Assembly: GCA_019057475.1 (NCBI GenBank)
Contig: DXJO01000002.1
Location: 1 to 33,503 of the forward strand
Length of the DNA: 33,503 bases
DNA from: Candidatus Thorarchaeota archaeon
GTDB lineage: Archaea; Asgardarchaeota; Thorarchaeia; Thorarchaeales; Thorarchaeaceae
Direction: 5' to 3'
Below are positions 1-8,851 of this stretch, one piece after another. The position numbers and the translations under genes were made by a program. Each line of letters starts with the position of its first letter. Position 1 is the stretch's first letter. Below the pieces are notes generated by a model. The model saw only the letters and a program-made list of their open reading frames with translations. It was not told the DNA's origin and did not search any database.

Positions 1-133
1 CGCCTGTGGAGAGGACGTGAGACTTGTCGCAGATTCAGTAGGATCTGCAGAGCAGACCTCAATGAATCAGGAACCGAACATCAGTCAAGGACATTGATGT
101 CCAAGATAGTATAAGTTTCGGGCAACGGTTCAC
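1..133 (+). mobile_element. 3' part/right end of an IS200/IS605-family (TnpB omega-RNA-like) element, truncated by the window start
   Basis: GCCTGTGGAGAGG...TGAATCAGGAA resembles the conserved tnpB 3'-end/omega-RNA motif. It has an 8-bp hairpin at 29-48, a subterminal hairpin at ~76-102, and GAACCG(71-76)/CGGTTC(126-131) complementarity. It ends in TTCAC(129-133), a typical IS605-type right-end motif. 22 of the first 25 nt are identical to 33431-33455. Confidence 0.6.
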
Positions 134-248
134 ACTGATGCTCTGACAGAGTGGCGCAAACTGAAGCCGGAAATCCCAGAAACTGGGCTCTACGAGATTC
201 CCATATGCGACGAAATCGAGCTGGAAAAGGACCTCCACTGAAATGCTG

Positions 249-545
249 TTACCTCCAAGGCCCGCCTCTCATTGCCCAGACAGCATCTTTTGAGAATCCC
301 CCGGGCAAGATCAATGCAATCAGACCGGCCACGATTAGAAGAACACCAAGGAGCAAAGCAAGAATTGCATAGCCTACGTAGTTTGACACGATGATTGAAG
401 AACCCGTATAGGCAGCAACTAGCACCACGCTGAGACCAAGAACAATAACACCGACAACAATAGCGACTCCCGAAATGAAAAGAATGCGACCTATGCGCTT
501 CAGCCTTGGCTGAGCTGGCGAACCTGTATCTGTTTCTTTGTTCAT
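249..545 (-). CDS. small two-TM membrane protein, unknown function
   Basis: From ORF 249..608, with the start moved to the ATG at 545 (MNKETD..., GA-rich SD-like stretch upstream). Two long hydrophobic segments. Confidence 0.7.
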   Translation of the reverse strand: MNKETDTGSPAQPRLKRIGRILFISGVAIVVGVIVLGLSVVLVAAYTGSSIIVSNYVGYAILALLLGVLLIVAGLIALILPGGFSKDAVWAMRGGPWR

Positions 546-667
546 TGCTTCCCCTCGAGTACTATCTTGACCCCTACCGAGATAAAGATTGAGTTCTAGT
601 GAGGGCAAGCGACAGTATCTTTAATACAGGTCAGGAGCAAATACCGCAAACACTCGGAGGAATAAAC

Positions 668-814
668 ATGCCCGAAAAGGAAAACGATGAAATTGTTGAT
701 TCTCAGAAGCTTTCGAACCGTGATAAGAAGGAACTCAAAGAAGGCCTGTGCGTAAATTGCGCGATTTTCGCGTTCATATTCATGTTTGCAGCAATGATTG
801 CGCTCGTTCTCTAG
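668..814 (+). CDS. 48-aa tail-anchored microprotein with CxxC before the TM helix
   Basis: GGAGG at 656-660 precedes the ATG at 668. Sequence MPEKENDE...GLCVNCAIFAFIFMFAAMIALVL has a charged N-terminus and a C-terminal hydrophobic helix. Confidence 0.6.
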   Translation: MPEKENDEIVDSQKLSNRDKKELKEGLCVNCAIFAFIFMFAAMIALVL

Positions 815-833
815 AAAAAGGAATTGCACTAGT

Positions 834-1205
834 ATGACGTTTCTAATCGACCCACCGCTGCTAATCATATTCGGCTATATATCGTTCGTCATAGGAAACG
901 CTCTGAAACACAAGACGCAGCTTCCGATATCGAAAGCTTTGGTTATATTCAGTTTCTGTACCATAATATTCACGAGCAGTTCACTTTACCTCAACATGGG
1001 GTATGTGGATTTCTTCTGGCTGCCGTTTGTGCCTGCTGTGGCATCGGGCAAAGACCTCATGATAAACTCGGGTATCTTTTCGTTCGAATCCACAGAAACA
1101 GCAGGACTCACTGACGCGCTTGCATTCCTACAGATAGCGATTTATCCGATTTGGATCTATCTTGGAGTGAAACTCTACCGTTACAGGCATAATGAGGGCC
1201 TTTGA
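834..1205 (+). CDS. small multi-pass membrane protein, unknown function
   Basis: From ORF 798..1205, with the likely ATG at 834 (MTFLIDPPLL...). About 3 hydrophobic helices; follows the microprotein closely. Confidence 0.7.
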   Translation: MTFLIDPPLLIIFGYISFVIGNALKHKTQLPISKALVIFSFCTIIFTSSSLYLNMGYVDFFWLPFVPAVASGKDLMINSGIFSFESTETAGLTDALAFLQIAIYPIWIYLGVKLYRYRHNEGL

Positions 1206-1256
1206 TAGCAGCTCGGAAAAAGAGGGGTGCGGGACCCAAAGGGCCCCAGGCTGATT

Positions 1257-2657
1257 CTAATCTTCATCCTCCTCATCGTCACCAAGTCGCTTTCCTGGCT
1301 TGAAGCGAGCCTTCTTCCTGTCAACAGAAAGCCGCCCGGGTTGCTCTCCAGATAGGTCATGTCCAGGCTTATCCTTCGAAATACCTTCAGCCCGCTCACT
1401 CGGCCATGACTCACCAGGAGCTGGAGCCCGCTCGGCTATCTCCTCATCTACTTCTCCGGCCTCGAAGGTCTCGCCCTCCTCCTTAGCTCTTTCGATTATG
1501 CGATCAACCCGTTGCACGCGCAAGTAGTACAGACTTGTGAAAATCGCAACCAATGGGAATGCTATGAGCTTCGCTATGTCTCTGAATATGAATGCAGCCG
1601 AGGGATTCGCTATAAGATCTGTTTCAAACCAACTAGCCAGAATCGCGCCGGGCGCAGCGGTGTGCACAGATATGATACTGTCAACAAAGAAGAACCCGCT
1701 GGCCAAAAAGAACGTGAGCAATGGTCCAAGATCACGTAAGTGAGACCGTGATTCCTCTACTGCATCGGTCACAGTTCGTCCAATGCCACTCATGGCATAT
1801 GCCAAGAAGAAGAGAGACATACCAATGTCCACTGGAGTCAATCCAAAAGCGTCAACCCTCCGAATCACGTTGAATAGGAAGTACCCCGAGTACAAGGCAA
1901 TGAAAACCGTCAATAACGCAACATTCAGGGCAGAGCCTTTCCTGGCGTATTTGAGATAGGAGAGGAAGGATATCACCCCAAAGAGACCCAACAACCCAAA
2001 TGCGAGAAGGAGATATGGCCAGTGAAGAGTGATGTTTGCTAGGGATTGTGGATAAGCCGCCTCAACAGAATCCCCTATTCCGAAGTAGTTGCCCGGCAAG
2101 AGAACTAAGGCAAAGATCGCTTCAGCTGCTATTATGATAAGTCCAATTACGAGTATGATGAAGCTACCAATGCTTATTCCCCAACCGCCCTTCTTTGGCT
2201 CTGCAATAGTAGCAATCCTCAAACTGGTTCTAGACGAGAGGTACGCTTGGAATGCAATCCAGCCAACCCAACAGAACATGGCAAAGAAGATCATGAGGCT
2301 GTTACCGAAGAACCTAGCCATGAACACTGAGATTGCAAAAGATATCGCAAACCATGAGAAGCCTATCATCTCGTTCCATTTGCCACGACCCCTGCGCTTT
2401 ATCCACAGCTTGTCCAGGCCCAACCCAGTGAGTATCGTGCCAATCATGAAGTAGATGGTGCCAGTGGCGCCTATGTAGGCAAAGAAATTCACCAAGAGTA
2501 CCTCGGTGGGTGTACCTACAAATTGCGTCATCAACCATGACACGAATAGACCCAGGAATGTAGTGGCAACGAAAATAGTCACATATGCAACAAATCGCTT
2601 GGTCTTGAAGAAGACCCCTAGTCCAGAAAACATATCGCTTAGAATCGGGATTCCCAA
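1257..2657 (-). CDS. polytopic membrane protein (~11 TM) with charged C-terminal tail, unknown function
   Basis: 466-aa ORF with a TTG start after an AGG-rich SD. Many hydrophobic segments and a ~85-aa hydrophilic tail ending DDEEDED. Confidence 0.85.
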   Translation of the reverse strand: MGIPILSDMFSGLGVFFKTKRFVAYVTIFVATTFLGLFVSWLMTQFVGTPTEVLLVNFFAYIGATGTIYFMIGTILTGLGLDKLWIKRRGRGKWNEMIGFSWFAISFAISVFMARFFGNSLMIFFAMFCWVGWIAFQAYLSSRTSLRIATIAEPKKGGWGISIGSFIILVIGLIIIAAEAIFALVLLPGNYFGIGDSVEAAYPQSLANITLHWPYLLLAFGLLGLFGVISFLSYLKYARKGSALNVALLTVFIALYSGYFLFNVIRRVDAFGLTPVDIGMSLFFLAYAMSGIGRTVTDAVEESRSHLRDLGPLLTFFLASGFFFVDSIISVHTAAPGAILASWFETDLIANPSAAFIFRDIAKLIAFPLVAIFTSLYYLRVQRVDRIIERAKEEGETFEAGEVDEEIAERAPAPGESWPSERAEGISKDKPGHDLSGEQPGRLSVDRKKARFKPGKRLGDDEEDED

Positions 2658-2778
2658 AGCAGAAACCTCCCTTACGCTGGTTTCTCTAGGTCAGCCTATG
2701 GTTTTAAGCTTTGCATTGACAAAGAGAGGATATTGAAAAATATCTTACCGCTGACGATACTTGCGCACCTCGCTGACC

Positions 2779-2784
2779 TTAATA
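2779..2784 (+). promoter_or_regulatory. putative TATA box for the candidate ncRNA at 2809-2896
   Basis: TTAATA lies 25-30 nt upstream of the first paired base of the predicted RNA. There is no + strand ORF downstream to explain it. Confidence 0.4.
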
Positions 2785-2808
2785 GACTTCCCGCGAATGT
2801 TAGATACA

Positions 2809-2896
2809 GTGGTCATGTAGCTGGCGGGGTCTAGTTCTGCAAGATGCCCTCGTTACAAACTCCCCCTCCTACCATAACCCTGCTAGCTCTGGCCAC
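2809..2896 (+). ncRNA. candidate structured small RNA (5'/3' terminal stem with C-rich loop)
   Basis: GTGGTCA(2809-15) pairs with TGGCCAC(2890-96), and AGCTGGCGGGGT(2819-30) pairs with ACCCTGCTAGCT(2877-88). That is 19 bp with three G-U pairs that work only on the + strand. Confidence 0.5.
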
Positions 2897-2901
2897 ACCT
2901 T

Positions 2902-3759
2902 CTACACTTCTTCAAACTCTTCGGTCTTGAGGGTCAGCTTCCGAGGATTTGCTAGTAGGCTAATTTCATGCCTGTGTTGCAGCGGAATGTCCTTTCCTTT
3001 CTGCCACTTCTTGAGCCCTTTCTCCAACCGCTTGAATATCTCACCGCGGTAAGCTATCACAACAGAAAAGCATTGGAGAATCCTGCAGAACCATTCGTTC
3101 TCAGCCAGGACAGAGTCCTTCACGTTTACAACAAACTCCCCGCCAACGTCACCCCACTTGCTATCAATCTCTGCTACGGTCTTGCCACTGGCTAGACGCA
3201 CGACCTTGAAATCATCGCCCATGGTTGCGCGCTTGCCTTCGATTCTGAAGACCTCGAACGTTTTGCCTGGCCCAAGGATGTAGAACGCGTAGTTCTCAGT
3301 GGCCATTGCACCGCGTCGAACTTGCCTGATGTAGGTGACAACCTCAGTTTCTCTTGAAACCACAGCGAATGCTAGCATTGGCTTATCAGAAACATAGCTA
3401 TTCGTGTATTCATCTGCCACCATCTCTTCTATTGTTGCAACCCACGAACCGCGGGATGTGAAAAGCTTCAAAACAAGACGACGCAACAGCTCATCTTCCT
3501 GGTCGTGCCATACTGATTTCCGTAGGATAATGAATCCAGTCCGCTCCATCTTGGATAGCTTCTTTTCGCCACGTTTCGTCTTCGCTTCCTCTATCTTCCC
3601 GATTATGTCAGCGTCTCTGGTGAACTGGCGGCTCTTGGCTCTCCAGACTTCATACTGGCGCAGTCCAACCTCTTCACCATGAAATCCTGTACTGTAGAGA
3701 TCCTGTGACAGAATTCGAAACACAGGACCGACCTTTCGATCATCTTCATTCTTTGGCAT
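2902..3759 (-). CDS. hypothetical soluble protein, possibly LURP1/Tubby-C/scramblase-like beta-barrel
   Basis: 285-aa ATG ORF. Repeated beta-hairpin segments such as DFKVVRLASGKTVAEIDSKWGDVGGEFVVNV are followed by a C-terminal helix. The fold call is tentative. Confidence 0.75.
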   Translation of the reverse strand: MPKNEDDRKVGPVFRILSQDLYSTGFHGEEVGLRQYEVWRAKSRQFTRDADIIGKIEEAKTKRGEKKLSKMERTGFIILRKSVWHDQEDELLRRLVLKLFTSRGSWVATIEEMVADEYTNSYVSDKPMLAFAVVSRETEVVTYIRQVRRGAMATENYAFYILGPGKTFEVFRIEGKRATMGDDFKVVRLASGKTVAEIDSKWGDVGGEFVVNVKDSVLAENEWFCRILQCFSVVIAYRGEIFKRLEKGLKKWQKGKDIPLQHRHEISLLANPRKLTLKTEEFEEV

Positions 3760-3896
3760 AAGGCGCTCCCTCTGTGCATTGCACTATTCTTCTCCCATGA
3801 TAATGGCTTCGCAGTATTTCATCATTGCGTATTGGACAACATAAGGGTCTACACAAGCTTCATATCTCGGATTCTTTGAGCCAAGCCGCGTAGACA

Positions 3897-5498
3897 ATGA
3901 TTGAGAATCTTCTAGTCATGATTGGTGGCCTTGCTCTCTTCATGTATGCCATCACGCTGCTGCGGGAAACCCTCGGCAAGATATCTGGAAAACGGGTGGC
4001 GAAAATTCTTGAGAAGACAACTGACAGTCCAGTAAAGGGAATGGGCGTAGGAACCGCCGCAACGCTGATGACCCAAAGTTCAAGCATCACTGTGCTGACA
4101 TTGATTGGCTTTGTCAACGCGGGGATGATGACGTTTAGGCAGTCAGTCCATGTCATGCTAGGATCGGAGATAGGCACAACGATAACCGCTCAACTTGTAT
4201 CGTTTAAAATAGGCATAGATTACGCCTGGCTTCTAATCGCAGTTGGATTCTTCATGACTATGTTCCTGAAGAATGAAAATGCCAAGATGGCGGGGCGAGT
4301 AATATTCAGCTTAGGTCTTTTGTTTCTCTCAATGGATTTCATGAAAGATGGCGCCTCAGAACTGGGACAGAGCCAAGTCTTTGTTGACTTGATAATCGCA
4401 TTCGGCGTAATCCCAATTTTCGGCATCCTAATTGGTGCAACGATAGCTGGAATCACCCAAAGCAGCTCAGCCACGACGAGCTTGGTTATCGCGATGAGCA
4501 TGGCAGGTGTCATTGGTCTCCCTGCAGCCATAGCTCTTATCATGGGAGCCAATATCGGCACTTGTTTTCTAGAGAACATGGCAGCTATTGGTGCTACAAC
4601 TCCAGCCAAAAGAACGGCCATAGCGCAGACGATTATTAACGTCGTTGGAGTTGCTGTATTCTTCCCGTTCTTCGGACAATTCGCTGACATAGTCGCGCTC
4701 ACCTCGAATGACCTTCCTCGGCAGATTGCGAACGCTCATACCATCTTCAATGTCACAGTGAGCTTCATGCTCATCCCCTTCGTGGGACTCATTGTCAAGT
4801 TGTGTGAGAAACTCATTCCTGACAAAGAAGGAGAGATTATTGGAGCACATTTCTTCGATGACGAAATGCTTCACATGCCACAGGTTGCCCTGCTTGAGGC
4901 TCAAAGGGAGATGATTGCAACTGGCGACCTGACTGTGAAGATGATAGACTTGAGCCGGAAAGCTTTGCTCAACCATGATTTGGAGGCGGCACAGAAGGTC
5001 GTCAGGTACGAGGATAAGGTTGATGACAGCTGTAGGGCTACAGAGAAGTTCATCGACAAAATAAGAGAAGAAGAGCTGAACAAAGCGGATACTCTCTGGC
5101 GCATGAAACTGCTAGCGATTCTTGTAGACATAGAACGCGTTGGAGACCTCACATCCAACATAGCGGAGTTTGCAATCGACCGATTGACTGAGGAGATTAC
5201 CTTCTCACCCGCTGCCGTCTTGGATATGGAGGATATGTTTAGACTTGTTGAAGAAACATACTCCACATCGATCGAAGCGCTGAGAACAAGAAACAAGGAT
5301 GTTGCTGAGAGGGCGGTCGAGCTAGAAGACAAGGTGGATATACTTGAGAGAGAGCTACGGGAGGGCCACGAGAAGCGGACCGCTGCAGGGGTATGCATGC
5401 CTCAAGCTGACAGTGTCTTCGTGGAGACCTTGAGGAACCTGGAGAGGGTTAGTGATCACGCAGATAACATCGCGGCAGATGTGCTGATGAAGTACTGA
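3897..5498 (+). CDS. Na+/Pi cotransporter family protein with C-terminal PhoU domains
   Basis: Two QSSS repeats (TQSSSITV, TQSSSATT), GSEIGTT and GANIGT motifs, and two PhoU-like repeats (DIERVGD, NLERVSDHA). Confidence 0.95.
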   Translation: MIENLLVMIGGLALFMYAITLLRETLGKISGKRVAKILEKTTDSPVKGMGVGTAATLMTQSSSITVLTLIGFVNAGMMTFRQSVHVMLGSEIGTTITAQLVSFKIGIDYAWLLIAVGFFMTMFLKNENAKMAGRVIFSLGLLFLSMDFMKDGASELGQSQVFVDLIIAFGVIPIFGILIGATIAGITQSSSATTSLVIAMSMAGVIGLPAAIALIMGANIGTCFLENMAAIGATTPAKRTAIAQTIINVVGVAVFFPFFGQFADIVALTSNDLPRQIANAHTIFNVTVSFMLIPFVGLIVKLCEKLIPDKEGEIIGAHFFDDEMLHMPQVALLEAQREMIATGDLTVKMIDLSRKALLNHDLEAAQKVVRYEDKVDDSCRATEKFIDKIREEELNKADTLWRMKLLAILVDIERVGDLTSNIAEFAIDRLTEEITFSPAAVLDMEDMFRLVEETYSTSIEALRTRNKDVAERAVELEDKVDILERELREGHEKRTAAGVCMPQADSVFVETLRNLERVSDHADNIAADVLMKY

Positions 5499-5534
5499 AT
5501 GGTGTGCAAGCGAAGAGCGATTAGCTGTCGATCA

Positions 5535-7001
5535 TCAAGACTTCTTGTCGAGCTTCCGTTTGATGTCTTCATGGTCATGCCCCAGGATGCCCGGACGCGT
5601 CATGCGCTCGGGAGTGAGCACGTGATCTAGTTCTTCCTCAGAAAGCAGTCCTTCCTCCAGTACGAGCTCACGTATCGGTTTCTTGGTCTCGAGTGCATTC
5701 TTGGCAATCCTGCTTGAGGCTTTATAGCCAATGATTGGTACAAGAGCCGTAACCAGGCCCACGCTCTTGTACACCTTGTTCAAACCATCCATGTTTGGTT
5801 CTATTCCCTTTATGCACTTCTCCGCAAGAATCGGTATTGAATTCCTCAGTAGCTTCAAAGCTTGGAAGAAGTTGTATGTAATCAGAGGTCCAAAAGCATT
5901 CAGTTCAAGCATTCCGCCCTGAGCGGCGAGGGATATGGTTGCATCATGCCCCATCACTTGATAGGCGCACTGCATAGTCATCTCCACAATGACTGGATTA
6001 ACCTTGCCAGGCATGATCGAGGAGCCAGGCTGGACTGCAGGCAATGTAATCTCGTGGAAGCCCCCAATAGGGCCTGATGATAAAAGCAGAAGGTCTCCAC
6101 ACATCTTGCTCAGATTAGTGGCAAGGACTCTGAGGAGACCCGAGGCGTGGACGAATTCATCGTTATTTTGAGTGTCGTCAATAAGGTTCTCAGATGTCTT
6201 GAGATTCTGCAGACCAGTCACTTCACGCAAGTGCGTCTCCGCGAGCTTGATGTATTCCGGGTCTGCGTTGAGACCGGTTCCAATTGCTGTTGCTCCAATG
6301 TTGTGAGTTTCGAGGGTATCAATAGCCCAGCCAATCCTATGCAAATCCCGTTTGAAGGGGCCAGCCCAAGCTCCGAACTCTTGCCCTAGCGTAATGGGTA
6401 CTGCATCCTGCATTTCTGTTCGACCAAGTTTGAGGAGGTCCTTGAAGTCCTCGGCTTTCTCTTCGAGAACATTCACGAGCATTTCAACGTTGGTCGATAG
6501 GGCGCTCAAGCCAAAGATCGTGGCAATCTTCGTTGCGGTTGGATACACATCATTCGTTGACTGACTCATGTTTACATGATCGTTCGCATTAATCGGAGCT
6601 ATGGCATTCCGCGACTCGCCAAGAATCTCATTGGCTCTTGATGCGATGACTTCGTTAACGTTCATATTCGTTGAAGTGCCAGCCCCGCCTTGAAACGCAT
6701 CTACAATGAACTCGTCATGAAGGTCGCCCCCGATTATCTCATCGCAAGCTTGGATTATCGCGTTTCCATACTCCTTGGTAAGGTCGTTAAGCTCCATGTT
6801 GGCAAGGGTGCATGACTTTTTCACCATAGCAAGAGCGTTGATTAAAGTCGTGTAATGATGCAGACTTACTCCTGAAACGTGAAAGTTCTCAGACGCCCGT
6901 AGAGTCTGAACACCCCAGTAGGCATCTGCAGGGACTTTTCTAGGGCCTAGAAGATCACTTTCTTCTCTGTACTTCATTGGCTGCTCTGTCATTAAGGTCA
7001 C
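5535..7001 (-). CDS. aspA: aspartate ammonia-lyase (fumarase/aspartase superfamily)
   Basis: GSSIMPGKVNP signature, QGGAGTSTNMNVNEV, SQSTNDVYPT, GRTEMQDAVP and YWGVQTLRA. Confidence 0.9.
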   Translation of the reverse strand: MTLMTEQPMKYREESDLLGPRKVPADAYWGVQTLRASENFHVSGVSLHHYTTLINALAMVKKSCTLANMELNDLTKEYGNAIIQACDEIIGGDLHDEFIVDAFQGGAGTSTNMNVNEVIASRANEILGESRNAIAPINANDHVNMSQSTNDVYPTATKIATIFGLSALSTNVEMLVNVLEEKAEDFKDLLKLGRTEMQDAVPITLGQEFGAWAGPFKRDLHRIGWAIDTLETHNIGATAIGTGLNADPEYIKLAETHLREVTGLQNLKTSENLIDDTQNNDEFVHASGLLRVLATNLSKMCGDLLLLSSGPIGGFHEITLPAVQPGSSIMPGKVNPVIVEMTMQCAYQVMGHDATISLAAQGGMLELNAFGPLITYNFFQALKLLRNSIPILAEKCIKGIEPNMDGLNKVYKSVGLVTALVPIIGYKASSRIAKNALETKKPIRELVLEEGLLSEEELDHVLTPERMTRPGILGHDHEDIKRKLDKKS

Positions 7002-7104
7002 CTTCTGTCAACAAGAACGTCGATAGCACTGTCCAGATTCACCGGCCCAGATTATGAAGATTGTGAAATGACTGGGATTTCATGAATGACGTTAATGGAG
7101 CAAG

Positions 7105-8691
7105 CTAGAAGCCAGCAGCCTGACCGTCCTTTCTGAAATCAGAGCCAGCAATCCAAGCATCTCCCAGACGGAATATAGCCTGACCGCCGCCGAAGCCCGA
7201 CATGGTTTCATGAACTAGCTTATGTCCACGCTTGCGCATCTCATTCTGAATCCCAGGAGGGATGCCATTCTCAAGAGCTACCGTATTCATCTCTTGATTA
7301 TGATTGAAACGTGGATGGTCCAGTGCCTCCTGAGGACCCATTTGATGGTCAATGACGTTGCTCACAAATTGCGCATGGGCTTGTGCTTGGTGCGCTCCAC
7401 CCATAATCCCGAATACACCAAAGAAATTGTTGTCCCTGTACATCGCTCCAGGAATGATTGTATGAAACGGTAGCTTTCCTGGTGCATAGCAATTTGGGTG
7501 CTTCGGGTCAAGTGAGAAAAGATGCCCTCGATTCTGGAGCTTTATTCCATAACCTGGAACGACGAGCCCGCTCCCGAACCCCATGTACAGACTGTTGATG
7601 AACGACACAGCCATTCCTTCACCATCAGCTGTCGCAAGGTAGATTGTGTCCGGACCAATTGCGATTCCAGGGTTTGGAGCCTCCATTGCCTGTTCTGGAT
7701 TGATGCTCTCAGCCCGTTTCTTCGCATACCTTTTCGAAAGAAGATTATCCAAGGGAACATCATAGAAATCGGGGTCTGCGTTGTGCTGATACAGGTCAGC
7801 ATAAGCGAGCTTCTTGGCCTCTATCATGGTGTGGTAGCGCTCTGCATCCAGAGGGGAGTATTTCCCAAAGTCGAACGATTCCATGATATTCAGCATTGAG
7901 AGAGCGGCAAATCCTTGTCCATTTGGCGGATGTTCGTAGACCTCGACACCTCGATATGATGTGGAAATTGCGGTAGTTTCAATAGTCTTGTGCCTAGCGA
8001 GATCATCTGGAGTCAGGAACCCACCATGGTCTTGTACCGTTTTTACGATTGCCTCACACATAGCTCCCCCGTAGAATGCAGATATTCCTTCTGCAGCCAC
8101 GGTCTCAAAGACCTTCGCTAAGTCCTTGTTGAACATTATTTCACCTGCTTCAGGAGACCTGCCACCAATACTGAATGTTTTGCGTGCCGCTTCATTTCCC
8201 AGAACTTGGACTACGAAACTCCACACTTCAGAGATAATTGGTGAAACGGGAAATCCTTTGCGAGCGTATCTGATTGCAGGGGACAGAACATCGCCTAGCT
8301 CCAATGCACCATGCTTCTCGATAAGGTATCCCCAAAGATGCATGGCTCCAGGAACTGTAACCGGTGGCCCACCTCGAACAGGCATTTGCGCCCAGTCTTT
8401 CTCAAGCAGTTCATCCAAAGTTGTCATTGTCCCCGCTCGGCCCGAGCCATTCACAGAGAGCGGTTTCTTCTTCCCAGGTAGATGAATCAATACGAAGGCG
8501 TCTCCGCCGCATCCAGTACTGAAAGGTTCTACGACGTCAAGCACAGCGGCAGTCGCAATCGCTGCGTCAACAGCATTTCCTCCATTTACTAGAATTTCAA
8601 GCCCGGCCTGAGTTGCCAGAGGCTGCGAGGAAGCCACGACACCATTCACAGCCACAATCTCAGAACGACCAGTTGCACGACGCCAGAACAC
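7105..8691 (-). CDS. ggt: gamma-glutamyltransferase (cytoplasmic, YwrD-like)
   Basis: GGNAVDAAIA, GCGGDAF, VTVPG, nucleophile Thr in DTIYL, PFHTIIP, MGG and C-terminal SDFRKDG. No signal peptide. Confidence 0.93.
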   Translation of the reverse strand: MFWRRATGRSEIVAVNGVVASSQPLATQAGLEILVNGGNAVDAAIATAAVLDVVEPFSTGCGGDAFVLIHLPGKKKPLSVNGSGRAGTMTTLDELLEKDWAQMPVRGGPPVTVPGAMHLWGYLIEKHGALELGDVLSPAIRYARKGFPVSPIISEVWSFVVQVLGNEAARKTFSIGGRSPEAGEIMFNKDLAKVFETVAAEGISAFYGGAMCEAIVKTVQDHGGFLTPDDLARHKTIETTAISTSYRGVEVYEHPPNGQGFAALSMLNIMESFDFGKYSPLDAERYHTMIEAKKLAYADLYQHNADPDFYDVPLDNLLSKRYAKKRAESINPEQAMEAPNPGIAIGPDTIYLATADGEGMAVSFINSLYMGFGSGLVVPGYGIKLQNRGHLFSLDPKHPNCYAPGKLPFHTIIPGAMYRDNNFFGVFGIMGGAHQAQAHAQFVSNVIDHQMGPQEALDHPRFNHNQEMNTVALENGIPPGIQNEMRKRGHKLVHETMSGFGGGQAIFRLGDAWIAGSDFRKDGQAAGF

Positions 8692-8851
8692 CTACATCAC
8701 CTAAGCTTTTGATTTCCAACCTCTGCTCGATTGTCTGGGAGCATGTCCATACCGATGTCAGTTCCACTGATAAAAGTGGTTCATCAAAGCCGGAATCCTT
8801 AACATTCACCAGATAGTTCATTTCCAGATATCTAATGGAGGCGAAATTAGA

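Noticed and set aside
151-372. 73-aa + strand ORF
   Set aside because: It overlaps a more plausible membrane-protein gene on the opposite strand and has no recognisable features.
2809-2899. tRNA, H/ACA guide or Y RNA assignment for the structured RNA (GGTCATGTAGCT start, 3' ACA)
   Set aside because: There is no TTCRA T-arm or cloverleaf, the 3x1 internal loop is too small for a pseudouridylation pocket with no clear K-turn, and the Ro60-binding bulged-C helix is not matched. It is kept as an unclassified ncRNA.
3860-5398. Long antisense ORFs (3860..4177, 4220..4702, 4901..5398) and similar shadow ORFs across the window
   Set aside because: They lie opposite well-supported genes and show Ser/Ile-rich antisense-frame composition.
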